A DNA stretch of 64,000 bases from an uncultured Collinsella sp. (lineage in GTDB: Bacteria > Actinomycetota > Coriobacteriia > Coriobacteriales > Coriobacteriaceae). The notes beneath the pieces are model-generated. The model saw only the letters and a list, made by a program, of their open reading frames with translations, made no database searches and was not told the DNA's origin. The position numbers and the translations under genes were made by a program. Below, piece by piece: positions 37,402 through 46,362 of this stretch (within the stretch, counting starts at the first letter, position 1; each line of letters opens with the position of its first letter). The stretch is from NCBI GenBank assembly GCA_900541245.1, contig UQIS01000001.1, forward strand, positions 25,495 through 89,494, given 5' to 3'.

Positions 37402-38523
37402 ATTCGCAGCCGTCCACGATCGAGCCATTTTGTGTCTAACGGGCATCTTTCCGTCGATTACTCCCAATTTTGTCCAGTCAACGAATAGTTCAGACCTGAG
37501 TAATGTCTCAGCCCTTTGCTCATCTGAGCTTTTATCACGATATTCAGCATCGAGCATCCTGCATACGGCCTTAACGATCGCGCGGAATCTATCCTCATCC
37601 GATATCTGTCTGTGTGTCAGGAGAAGCACATCGTAGCCCATGGCCTGAAGGGCCGTCATGCGGTCAGCGTCACGCAAGCCATCCCCTGCGCGTCCGTGCG
37701 AGGCCTTTCCCTGACATTCAATGGCCACCTGTCGCCTGCCGTCCGGCGAAGACAGAAGTATGTCGATATATACACGGGACTTTCCCACAATCGCTCGAGC
37801 ACTTGTGCTTAGCATCACTTCAACATTAAGCTCTATGTCGCAAAAACCTTCGCCTCCCAGGGATCGCGGCAGTGCAAGTAGCAAATACGCCTCGACCTCA
37901 AAAGGCGACGCGGCACCCAATGGAACGAGTTGCGACACCGTCCTAAATCTATTGCCGTAACGTATCCCGCAAACATCTGAACAAAAACGGTCAAGGTCTC
38001 CGCCCAAAACCAAAGCGTCTCGACGCCATAAATTTGAGGCGGTGCCGTCCTCGGACGGGCAGCGCACCCAACCGAACGTTGTCGAGATCGCGCCCGAATC
38101 AATTGCACGCGAAAGCTCCGCCTCAAGTGCCGCAGGCAGAGCGCACACCGCAAACAAGCCACACATCTCCGCCAATACCAAAAGAAGCTGAAGATCCGTC
38201 AGATGCCGCGACATGATGAATACCGTCAGTAGAGGAGACGTAATCAAAAACCCATGCTCCGTTTCCAGTACGGATTCCCCGGGAAGCTCACCAAGAAACA
38301 GCCGCTGCCTAATGCTGGCAGGACAAGTCCGTTTGTTTCTCGTCTGAACCAATGTATACAACGGAAAACCGAGCGCGACCGCAGCCGTCGGGTTGCGGGC
38401 GAGATCATATCGCTGCCGGTCTTCTTCCGGTCGTGGAAGCGGCGGACACAGAGCGCGGACCTGAGGGGGCAAACGCCAGTACCTAAAAGCCGATATGTCA
38501 CAAAGTAGATCTTTCATAGGCAC
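37390..38523 (-). CDS. hypothetical protein with C-terminal DUF559 (Vsr/restriction-endonuclease-like) domain
   Basis: C-terminal VYIDILLSSPDGRRQVAIECQGKASHGRAGDGLRDADRMTALQAMGYDVLLLTHRQI. Visibly lower GC than its neighbours. The last three codons and stop lie inside the MITE TIR. Confidence 0.5.
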   Translation of the reverse strand: MPMKDLLCDISAFRYWRLPPQVRALCPPLPRPEEDRQRYDLARNPTAAVALGFPLYTLVQTRNKRTCPASIRQRLFLGELPGESVLETEHGFLITSPLLTVFIMSRHLTDLQLLLVLAEMCGLFAVCALPAALEAELSRAIDSGAISTTFGWVRCPSEDGTASNLWRRDALVLGGDLDRFCSDVCGIRYGNRFRTVSQLVPLGAASPFEVEAYLLLALPRSLGGEGFCDIELNVEVMLSTSARAIVGKSRVYIDILLSSPDGRRQVAIECQGKASHGRAGDGLRDADRMTALQAMGYDVLLLTHRQISDEDRFRAIVKAVCRMLDAEYRDKSSDEQRAETLLRSELFVDWTKLGVIDGKMPVRHKMARSWTAANLSE

Positions 38524-38697
38524 AGGAAAACACGAATTTCAACCCAGTCAGTCACGCATTGGCGCGAACGCGCCAAAAATGGTGCCGAACGGACTGCCAA
38601 GTTTTCAACAGCCCTCCCCAACTGGCCAAAAGCTTGCCGAGAGCTGGACGAAGTTCTGTTGAAAACCCCATTTTTTTCTCATGCAGAAGCTTTGCGC

Positions 38698-38821
38698 GAC
38701 AAGTGAGTAGACTTTTTTGAACATCCCGAGCAGCCCGGTCATCCTGCTTTTCAAAACCGCAGGTAGATAGCTTGTTACAAAACTGCCTGGTCGCCAAAGT
38801 GCTAAAAGTCTACTCACTTAG
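38698..38821. mobile_element. MITE-like element copy 3
   Basis: TIRs ACAAGTGAGTAGACTTTTTTG (one mismatch) and AAAAGTCTACTCACTTAG (38804-38821). The TIR supplies the last two codons and TGA stop of the pdxR-like gene. Confidence 0.6.
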
Positions 38822-40250
38822 ATTGCAGAGTGCCCCCCATTAGCTGCAATTCCAAGGTAGTTAGTACTTTTGGACTCAGATCGTCATACTGGACAAGAAT
38901 ATGACTTGAGTTTTCAGGGACAAATGCGCCATCGGCACACCAATAACAGTCACTGATATCGACAAAAGGGATACTCGAGCGCGTGAGGGCCCGCAGAAAA
39001 GAGCTTCCGCCCGCTCCGCGCTCCGCAACCACGGTGCAGTAAAGGCCCGCGTCTGCATGTTCGATCGAGACCTCCCCTGCCGGAAACGCTTTCCGCACAA
39101 GCGACGTCAGGCCATCACGCGCCTCGCGAGCACGAACGCGCACGCGGTTCACATGTCGCTCGTAATCACCCGATTCCAGCAAACGCGCCAAAGCGACCTG
39201 GTCAACAGAGCTCACCGACGAGGCGTAGAAACCAAGGTTGCGCCTAAACCGCTCCATTAGCTCATCGGGCAACACCATATACGCCAAACGCAACGCCGAT
39301 GAAAGGCTCTTCGAAAACGTGTTGGTGTAGATAACCGACTGGGCGGCATCGATCGACGCGAGCGCGGGAATCGGCTTGCCGGCAAGGCGAAACTCACAAT
39401 CAAAGTCATCTTCGATGAGATACCGACCTGGTCGCTCGGCGGCCCAGCTCAGTAGCGCATAGCGACGCGCAATACTCGTCACAAGGCCGGTCGGATACTG
39501 ATGAGACGGCATCAAGTGAAGAACATCGGTCCCGGTTTTCTGCAGAGCGCTCAGGTCCACGCCGTCGTCATCCAACGGGATATGTCGAACTTCGCAGCCC
39601 ATAGCCTGATAGATGCGCGTCAGGCGTAAATAGCCCGGATCCTCAACGGCATACACCTTGTCGGCTCCAAGCAGCTGAACCAACATGGTATCGAGCAGCT
39701 GGGCGCCCGCGCCGATAACAATGTTGTTGGGGTCGACATTCATACCCCTTGTCCCGCGCAAATGGCGAGCAATTGCGCGTCGTAGCCGAGCGGTGCCCTG
39801 TGCCGGTGCGGGCGAAAAGATCTCGCGCTCGTCTTCGGATGCCAGCGTCGCCCGTAGCGCGCTTTGCCAAAGCCGCGCCGCCTCCAAAGCAGAAGGAGAA
39901 AGCGCATCGAATCGCTCGACCTGTCCGTTGACATCATGCACGCTGGGGCCCACAGAGACGGCATCTCGGTCGATGCCCTCCGCAGCCGAAGCCAAAACCG
40001 GTGCATCCGGAAGCTCGCAAGCGTAGTAGCCACGACGTGGTATTGAGCAAATATAGCCCTCAGCGAGTAACTGGCTATATGCATTCTCGATGGTAATAAC
40101 ACTGATTCCCAGATGACTGGCAAAGGCGCGCTTAGACGGCAAATGCTCCCCCGCCACAATGCGTCCAGCTACGATATCATCTCGAATTTGCTGGTAAACA
40201 TACTCATAGAGCGATGCTTCGCCGCGTTTTTCCAAATTGTAGTCAAGCAT
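38814..40250 (-). CDS. pdxR: MocR/GntR-family PLP-dependent transcriptional regulator; likely PdxR, divergent from pdxST
   Basis: N-terminal GntR HTH (SLYEYVYQQIRDDIVAGRIVAGEHLPSKRAFASHLGISVITIENAYSQL) plus an aminotransferase class I fold. The ORF-track start is a TTG, so the first ATG at 40250 is preferred. Confidence 0.7.
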   Translation of the reverse strand: MLDYNLEKRGEASLYEYVYQQIRDDIVAGRIVAGEHLPSKRAFASHLGISVITIENAYSQLLAEGYICSIPRRGYYACELPDAPVLASAAEGIDRDAVSVGPSVHDVNGQVERFDALSPSALEAARLWQSALRATLASEDEREIFSPAPAQGTARLRRAIARHLRGTRGMNVDPNNIVIGAGAQLLDTMLVQLLGADKVYAVEDPGYLRLTRIYQAMGCEVRHIPLDDDGVDLSALQKTGTDVLHLMPSHQYPTGLVTSIARRYALLSWAAERPGRYLIEDDFDCEFRLAGKPIPALASIDAAQSVIYTNTFSKSLSSALRLAYMVLPDELMERFRRNLGFYASSVSSVDQVALARLLESGDYERHVNRVRVRAREARDGLTSLVRKAFPAGEVSIEHADAGLYCTVVAERGAGGSSFLRALTRSSIPFVDISDCYWCADGAFVPENSSHILVQYDDLSPKVLTTLELQLMGGTLQSK

Positions 40251-40395
40251 GAGCCTATCGCCTGACCTTATTAAGTCATTCAATCTGGTATTAGTCTGAC
40301 CTTGTAATTATCTCGAAAACTGAGTATTTTGTCATACCCAGCTCCCCGATAGGATGTTCCGTCAAGCAATGCACATGCCAACCAAGGGAGCAACC

Positions 40396-41286
40396 ATGGC
40401 AGAACAGAACAGCAAGGCCGACCGCGTCAAACTCAATCGCGAGCTCGCGCAGATGCTCAAGGGCGGCGTCATCATGGACGTTACCACGCCCGAGCAGGCA
40501 CGCATCGCCGAGGAGGCAGGCGCCTGCGCCGTCATGGCCCTCGAGCGCATCCCGGCCGACATCCGTGCCGCAGGCGGCGTCTCGCGCATGAGCGACCCCA
40601 AGATGATCAAGGGCATCCAGGAGGCCGTCTCCATCCCCGTCATGGCCAAGTGCCGCATCGGTCACATCGTCGAGGCGCAGGTCCTGCAGGCCATCGAGAT
40701 CGACTACATCGATGAGTCCGAGGTTCTCTCCCCTGCCGATGACGTCTATCACATCGACAAGACCCAGTTTGACGTGCCGTTTGTCTGCGGCGCCCGTGAT
40801 CTGGGCGAGGCGCTGCGCCGTGTTGCCGAAGGCGCCACGATGATTCGCACCAAGGGTGAGCCGGGTACGGGCGACGTCGTTCAGGCCGTGCGTCACATGC
40901 GCAAGATCCAAAAGCAGATCCGTGACGTTGTTGCCCTGCGCAACGACGAGCTCTTTGAGGCAGCCAAGCAACTGCAGGTTCCGGTCGAGCTGGTGCGCGA
41001 GGTCCATGCCACGGGTAAGCTTCCCGTCGTGAACTTTGCCGCCGGCGGCGTAGCGACCCCCGCCGACGCCGCGCTGATGATGCAGCTGGGCGCCGAAGGC
41101 GTGTTTGTCGGCTCGGGCATCTTTAAGAGCGGCGACCCCGCCAAGCGCGCAGCCGCCATCGTCAAGGCCGTGGCAAACTTCACCGATGCCAAGCTCATTG
41201 CCGAGCTTTCAGAGGACCTGGGCGAGGCCATGGTGGGCATCAACGCCGACGAGATCGAGATTATCATGGAAGAGCGCGGGCGCTAG
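40396..41286 (+). CDS. pdxS: pyridoxal 5'-phosphate synthase lyase subunit
   Basis: AAGGGAG RBS. Near-canonical PdxS sequence ([47 protein letters not shown]...). Confidence 0.95.
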   Translation: MAEQNSKADRVKLNRELAQMLKGGVIMDVTTPEQARIAEEAGACAVMALERIPADIRAAGGVSRMSDPKMIKGIQEAVSIPVMAKCRIGHIVEAQVLQAIEIDYIDESEVLSPADDVYHIDKTQFDVPFVCGARDLGEALRRVAEGATMIRTKGEPGTGDVVQAVRHMRKIQKQIRDVVALRNDELFEAAKQLQVPVELVREVHATGKLPVVNFAAGGVATPADAALMMQLGAEGVFVGSGIFKSGDPAKRAAAIVKAVANFTDAKLIAELSEDLGEAMVGINADEIEIIMEERGR

Positions 41287-41306
41287 TCCAGCAGAAAGGA
41301 TCGCAC

Positions 41307-41894
41307 ATGAGCGATTATGCAGACCAAACGGTCGCCGTGCTGGCGGTCCAAGGCGCTTTTGCCGAGCACGAGGCAAGACTATCCGGGCTTGGCGCACACT
41401 GTATTGAGCTGAGGCAGGCGGCTGATTTGAAGCAGGACTTTGACCGTCTGGTACTTCCCGGCGGCGAGTCTACCGTTCAAGGGAAGCTGCTAGATGAGTT
41501 GGGCATGCTCGAGGAGCTTCGCACCCGCATTGTTGAAGGCATGCCCGTCCTGGGCACCTGCGCCGGCCTGATTCTGCTGGCTCACGACCTTGCCGCCCAT
41601 GACGATAAGGGCACGCCGCGCCTGGCAACCATGGATGTGCTCGTTGAGCGCAATGCCTACGGCAGGCAGCTCGGCAGTTTTCGAACCAAGGGGCAGGTAG
41701 CCGGCATCGACGGTGAAGTGCCGCTGACGTTTATCCGCGCGCCCCGCATCGTTGAGGTGCACGGCGATGCCGAGGCCCTGGCCGAAGTCGATGGCCGCAT
41801 CGTCGCCGCCCGCCAAGACAACCAGCTCGGCGTAACCTTCCACCCCGAACTCGACGAAGACACCCGCCTCCACGAACTGTTCCTACAAATGTAG
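41307..41894 (+). CDS. pdxT: pyridoxal 5'-phosphate synthase glutaminase subunit
   Basis: Class I glutamine amidotransferase with catalytic Cys in GTCAGLILLA. Adjacent to pdxS. Confidence 0.9.
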   Translation: MSDYADQTVAVLAVQGAFAEHEARLSGLGAHCIELRQAADLKQDFDRLVLPGGESTVQGKLLDELGMLEELRTRIVEGMPVLGTCAGLILLAHDLAAHDDKGTPRLATMDVLVERNAYGRQLGSFRTKGQVAGIDGEVPLTFIRAPRIVEVHGDAEALAEVDGRIVAARQDNQLGVTFHPELDEDTRLHELFLQM

Positions 41895-41917
41895 GCATCG
41901 AAATCAACAAACGAAAC

Positions 41918-42239
41918 GAGAGTGGATAATCTCCCACCTTGAGCATGAATATGGGCTCATACCGGGAGATTATCCACTCTCATGCTACGTAGTCGTTGGG
42001 GACGTTCTTAAATGACCAGTCAAACAAGAACGTCCCCAACGACTATCTTTTAGCAGGTCTGGATCATGGCAATGTCGATGTTTTGGCACCGACAGCGAGC
42101 GCCCACCAGAGCGAACAAATTGGCATGAAAAGAGGACGGCATAGACCTTCTGGTCATGCCGTCCTCTTTGAATGACAAGTTGTCGCTCTGGTGGGCGCGC
42201 AGCGTCAACTAGTTACGCGGTTTGGTAAAACCGCGTAAC
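41918..42239. repeat. cluster of five strong hairpins (one nested pair) in the convergent pdxT/RGG-gene intergenic region
   Basis: Hairpin 1 (41918-41981) has an 18-bp stem. Hairpin 2 (41992-42043) has an 18-bp perfect stem. Hairpin 3 is an outer 16-bp stem (42099-42114 / 42183-42198) enclosing hairpin 4, a 14-bp stem (42128-42169). Hairpin 5 (42212-42239) has a 12-bp stem. Confidence 0.5.
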
Positions 42240-42243
42240 CCAA

Positions 42244-43095
42244 CTAGAAGCGGTTGCCGCGGAAGCCGCCACCGTTGCGGCCGCCACGGTCGCCACCGCG
42301 ACCGCCGCGGTCGTTACCACGGTTGCCGCCGAAGCCGCCACGGTTGCCGCCGCGGTCGCCATAGCCACCACGGTTGCCACCAAAGCCGCCGCGACCGCCA
42401 CGGTCACCAAAGCCGCCACGGCCGCCACGGTCGCCACCGCGACCGCCGCGGTCGCCACCACGGCCACCACGATCGCCAAAGCCGCCGCGAGGACCGCGAT
42501 CCTCGTCCAGGCCCATGGCAACGAGCGGAGCGATAACCTTATCGAGAGCGGCCATCAGCTCGGTGGCCTCCTCGTAAGAAAGCTCGGGCAGGAGCTTCTC
42601 CTTCTTGTTGGCAAGCTCGACCAGGCCCTCAGCGGCATCCTCGGCGGCGAAGACAACGATCTTGCGCATATCGCCCTCGGCGTCGTCGATGCGGCCGACC
42701 AGATCGGCAGCCTCGGCCTCGGCCATCAGGCCATCGAGCTCACGAAGGCGCATGCCCAGCAGGTCGGACATTTCCTTCTGCTCCATCTTGGGCTTGAGGT
42801 CAAGAAGCTTGATGGCGCGCTCGATGTTCGCCATGCGCTCGGCCTTGGCCTCCTCCTCCTTGGAAATAGCAAAGCGACGGCTACGCAGCAGGCGGGCGGC
42901 CTTCTGCATCTTGTCCATCAGCTCTTCGTCATCGTAATCAACGGCGGCCTTGACAACCTCGGCCTCCTCCTCGGCGGAAACCTCGTCAGCAGCCTCAACC
43001 TCGGCAGCTTCGGTCTCCACGGTCTCGACTGCCTCGACCTCGGCAGCCATGGTCTCGTTCTCGGTCTCGTTCATGATCTCTTCGTTCTCAGACAT
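42244..43095 (-). CDS. hypothetical protein with acidic N-terminus and C-terminal RGG/RG-repeat tail (putative nucleic-acid-binding)
   Basis: 283 aa. The N-terminal 50 aa are Glu/Ala/Val-rich. The C-terminal 85 aa are GDRGGRGG repeats ending in RGNRF. The corresponding DNA carries short direct repeats. Confidence 0.5.
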   Translation of the reverse strand: MSENEEIMNETENETMAAEVEAVETVETEAAEVEAADEVSAEEEAEVVKAAVDYDDEELMDKMQKAARLLRSRRFAISKEEEAKAERMANIERAIKLLDLKPKMEQKEMSDLLGMRLRELDGLMAEAEAADLVGRIDDAEGDMRKIVVFAAEDAAEGLVELANKKEKLLPELSYEEATELMAALDKVIAPLVAMGLDEDRGPRGGFGDRGGRGGDRGGRGGDRGGRGGFGDRGGRGGFGGNRGGYGDRGGNRGGFGGNRGNDRGGRGGDRGGRNGGGFRGNRF

Positions 43096-43247
43096 GAGAC
43101 TCCTTCTTGGCCCTCTCGGGCATCATCGCCCCATTCGCGGGGCCCGTCGCGCACTCTTTGCGCTTTAAACATTCATGCCTCTCGGCAAAACGTCCATTAG
43201 TTTATGGTGTCGCCATCCAATCTAGCTGCAGAATCTATGTGCACACA

Positions 43248-44663
43248 TTAATGCGACATGTGCGACTCGCGATGAGCGTACACCAGCGACGCCACGAACC
43301 CGACCACGGCAATTACAGCCGCCACACGCACGGCAGCTGCAAATCCAATCGCCTGGGCAACGTCGATCGCAGCGCCAGCGACGCTGGCAGCCGCCGCAGA
43401 ACTCGAGAGCAGACCGATAAACAGCGACGGGCCAAACGATGCGGCAATCATGTTCCACGTGTTAAGCAATGCCGTTCCGTGAGGATGTTCAGCGGCAGGC
43501 AGCGTCTCCAAACCAGCCGTTTGCGAGGGGCTCAGCACCAAACCGACTCCGGCATACACCACAACGGTCAGCGCAACGACGACGCCGATGTTCATGCTTG
43601 CCGCCGTCATCGAGATGGCAGTCTGTCCCACGGCAATCAGGGCAAAGCCGACCGGCAGCAGCGGCCATGCGCCACGGGCGTCCATCACACGTCCGCCCAC
43701 AATCGAGGTCACGGCGTTGCAGGCAATCGCCGGCAAAATGAGCAGGCCCGCAATAAGTGCGGTCATGCCGTATGCGCCCTCAAAATAGAGCGGCAACAAA
43801 ACGCTCATCGAGAACGTCGTCATCATCGACACCACCACAAGCAAGCACGCAGGCCAAAAACGAACGCTCGCCATGGGACGCACGTTAAGCACCGGATGCT
43901 CGAGCTTGAGCTGGCGGGCCGCAAACAGGCCGAGCAGCACAACGGCAGCGAAAAGCGCCACGACACCGGCAATCAGATTGGTCGAGAACTCACCCACGGA
44001 ATACACAAACGCCGTAATGCCGGCAGCGAGCAAAACAACCGACAGAATGTCAAGCGTGGTGTTCGAGCGCTCTCCGACATTCTGAACAAGCTTTACGCCC
44101 GCCGCAGCGACCACAACGCCGCCCACCAGCGGCACTACGAATACCGCCCTCCAGCCAAACAACGTGCACATAAGACCGCTGATCACGGGTCCAAACGCCG
44201 GCCCTAGCGTAATGCAGGCACCGCCCAGGCTAAGATACAGACCAAGCTTCTCGCGCGGGGCGCAAGACAGCACCACGTTCATCATGAGCGGAAACAAGAT
44301 GCCCGATCCCGCAGCCTGCAAAATACGGCTTGGCAGCAAAACGCTAAACGACGGAGCGATCAGACACAGGACTTCGCCGGCGACCATACATCCGCATGCG
44401 AAAAACAACAGCTTGCGCGTCGAGAAACGGCCGGACAGGAAGGCCATGATGGCCGTAAAGATCGACGTCACAATCATGTAGCCCGAGACGAGCCACTGCG
44501 CCGTGGTGGCACTCACCGAAAAGGCCGCCATAATGTCGTGCAACGCCACGTTAATGATGTTCTCGTTAAACGCGGCAACAAAGGCCGCAATATACATAAC
44601 GACGAGAATCGCCGCAGTGGCCGATGGCGTTGCTTGAACTTGTTGCTGAGATTTGCTCCCCAT
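43248..44663 (-). CDS. MFS transporter (14-TMS DHA2-like drug:H+ antiporter)
   Basis: Internal ATG with GAGGAAGGAAA RBS gives MGSKSQQQ... followed by MFS motifs. The upstream in-frame extension in the ORF track is not supported. Confidence 0.75.
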   Translation of the reverse strand: MGSKSQQQVQATPSATAAILVVMYIAAFVAAFNENIINVALHDIMAAFSVSATTAQWLVSGYMIVTSIFTAIMAFLSGRFSTRKLLFFACGCMVAGEVLCLIAPSFSVLLPSRILQAAGSGILFPLMMNVVLSCAPREKLGLYLSLGGACITLGPAFGPVISGLMCTLFGWRAVFVVPLVGGVVVAAAGVKLVQNVGERSNTTLDILSVVLLAAGITAFVYSVGEFSTNLIAGVVALFAAVVLLGLFAARQLKLEHPVLNVRPMASVRFWPACLLVVVSMMTTFSMSVLLPLYFEGAYGMTALIAGLLILPAIACNAVTSIVGGRVMDARGAWPLLPVGFALIAVGQTAISMTAASMNIGVVVALTVVVYAGVGLVLSPSQTAGLETLPAAEHPHGTALLNTWNMIAASFGPSLFIGLLSSSAAAASVAGAAIDVAQAIGFAAAVRVAAVIAVVGFVASLVYAHRESHMSH

Positions 44664-44868
44664 GCATTTCCTTCCTCTTGGAACGACAGTCGCATCGCCC
44701 CAGAGGAACAGTCCAGGGCGAAAAATGAGCCCTAGACTTACGCCAGACGCCGTACACGACGAATCTGGCAACATGGTCCAACGTTGAAAGATTGTAACGC
44801 GGACGCGCAGCTTTCCTTCCGCGCTATTATTAAAAGTCCACGAAAGCATAAGACATGAGGAGCCCGCC

Positions 44869-45279
44869 ATGATTAAGCCCATCATGAAATCCGAGTTCTT
44901 TTTGCGCCTGCCTTCCGAAGACGCGGGACCCGACGATGCCGTGACCGGGCAGGATCTCCTGGATACACTCCACGAGCATGAGCACGAGTGCGTGGGGCTC
45001 GCCGCCAACATGATCGGTGTGCGCAAGCGCATCATCTGCGTAAAGGACGGCAACAGGACACTCCTGATGTACAACCCTCAAATTCTTGAGCAGGTCAATG
45101 CCTATCAGACGAGCGAAGGATGCCTCTCGCTGATCGGCGAGCGCCCCTGTACCCGCTATCGCCGCATTAAGGTTGAGTATTTGGACGAGAACTTCGTCCA
45201 CCGCATCAAAAACTTCTCGGGCTACACCGCCGAGATCATCCAACACGAAATCGACCACTGCAATGGCGTCGTGGTTTAG
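44869..45279 (+). CDS. def: peptide deformylase-like (short, 136 aa; motif 1 glutamine replaced by Met)
   Basis: Motif 1 GLAANMIG (canonical GxGxAAxQ), motif 2 EGCLS, motif 3 QHEIDHCNG. Confidence 0.65.
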   Translation: MIKPIMKSEFFLRLPSEDAGPDDAVTGQDLLDTLHEHEHECVGLAANMIGVRKRIICVKDGNRTLLMYNPQILEQVNAYQTSEGCLSLIGERPCTRYRRIKVEYLDENFVHRIKNFSGYTAEIIQHEIDHCNGVVV

Positions 45280-45315
45280 GCCACCTGCCAAAATGAGGGT
45301 ACCGGAGGCCTCCCT

Positions 45316-46239
45316 ATGGATATCAGCCGCTTTGGCGAATTCGCCATCTTAGCGCAGTCACGCACGTTTCTTGATGCGGCGGAACTGCTTTTCATGTCGC
45401 AATCAACCCTCTCCAAGCACATCATGGCAATGGAGCACGAACTCGGCTGCAAGCTCATCGATCGAAGCCAGCGCCACGTAACACTCACCGCGCAAGGTGA
45501 AGCGCTCCTCCCCTATGCGCAAAAAATTGCGACGCTTCAGCACCGCTATCTTGCCGCCATTCAAATAGGCGCAGGTGAGCCGCTCGAGCACCTCACCGTA
45601 GGTTCTATCCCCATTATGGCCCCTTATGGGATCACGGACGCCGTCATCGATTTTCAGCAGGCGAACCCCTCATATTCTGTCGAGCTCATCGAAGGCGAGG
45701 GCGACACACTCAAGCGCATGCTCCTGCACGAGGACATTGACCTGGCCTTCATCCGTGACAGTGGCGCCATCGAGCCGGAGTTCAAAAAGATTCCCTTTAC
45801 GACCGACCGGCTCGTGGCCGTCCTTCCGCTCGACCATCCGCTCGCCGAACGTGACACCGTCGAGATAGACGACCTTATCGACGAGAATTTCCTCATGCTT
45901 CCCCAAGGCTCGTTCGTAAGCGAGCTCGTCCTTTCCCTTTGTCGCGAAGCTGGATTTGGCCCACGCGTTACGTTCACCGGCAAACGAGCCGAGAACATCA
46001 TCTCTCTTGTCGCACGCGGCGCCGGCGTCTCATTCCTCATGCGCAAGCCGGCGGAATCGCTTGCCAGCGGAAAGGTAGCCCTGGTGCCGCTTGAGCCCGC
46101 GACGACCTCCGAGGTCAGGCTCTACCTCAAGCGGAACGCCGCGCACTCGCAGGCGGTCGTCTCGTTCATCGGCTTCCTCCCCTACCGTCAGCTCCTGCAG
46201 GGCGACCGTGCGTCTTCCACCGCGGCACGACCGTCATAA
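45316..46239 (+). CDS. LysR-family transcriptional regulator
   Basis: N-terminal HTH (FLDAAELLFMSQSTLSKHIMAMEHELGCKLIDR) plus LysR substrate-binding domain. 307 aa. Confidence 0.8.
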   Translation: MDISRFGEFAILAQSRTFLDAAELLFMSQSTLSKHIMAMEHELGCKLIDRSQRHVTLTAQGEALLPYAQKIATLQHRYLAAIQIGAGEPLEHLTVGSIPIMAPYGITDAVIDFQQANPSYSVELIEGEGDTLKRMLLHEDIDLAFIRDSGAIEPEFKKIPFTTDRLVAVLPLDHPLAERDTVEIDDLIDENFLMLPQGSFVSELVLSLCREAGFGPRVTFTGKRAENIISLVARGAGVSFLMRKPAESLASGKVALVPLEPATTSEVRLYLKRNAAHSQAVVSFIGFLPYRQLLQGDRASSTAARPS

Positions 46240-46302
46240 TCCCCGCTGCTCCGCAACCGCAGACTTGTGTCCACAAACACGCTGACAACGGCACTAAACA
46301 CA

Positions 46303-46342
46303 AATATGCCTCGGGCGGCACGTCGCCGTCCGAGGCATATTT
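46303..46342. terminator. bidirectional terminator between convergent LysR and PTS genes
   Basis: 13-bp stem AAATATGCCTCGG / CCGAGGCATATTT with T-rich flanks on both strands. Confidence 0.5.
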
Positions 46343-46362
46343 AGTTAAAGTGCGCAGACAGA

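Noticed and set aside
42222-42536. Arg/His-rich 104-aa plus-strand ORF and apparent DNA repeats
   Set aside because: It is the antisense of the RGG-repeat coding region of the 42244-43095 gene. It is not a CRISPR array, because the repeats are in-frame coding repeats without spacers.
44663-45074. N-terminal extensions proposed by the ORF track for the MFS transporter (to 45074), PTS EIIBC (to 48141), helicase (from 27633), rubrerythrin (from 36483), Fe-ADH (to 36412), HTH regulator (to 25646), choloylglycine hydrolase (to 58737), permease (from 59475), DUF554 (from 14372) and adhesin (from 60939)
   Set aside because: In each case an internal ATG or GTG preceded by a strong Shine-Dalgarno sequence coincides with the conserved N-terminus of the protein family. 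The upstream in-frame stretches are non-conserved, often overlap neighbouring genes or the MITE, and lack an RBS.
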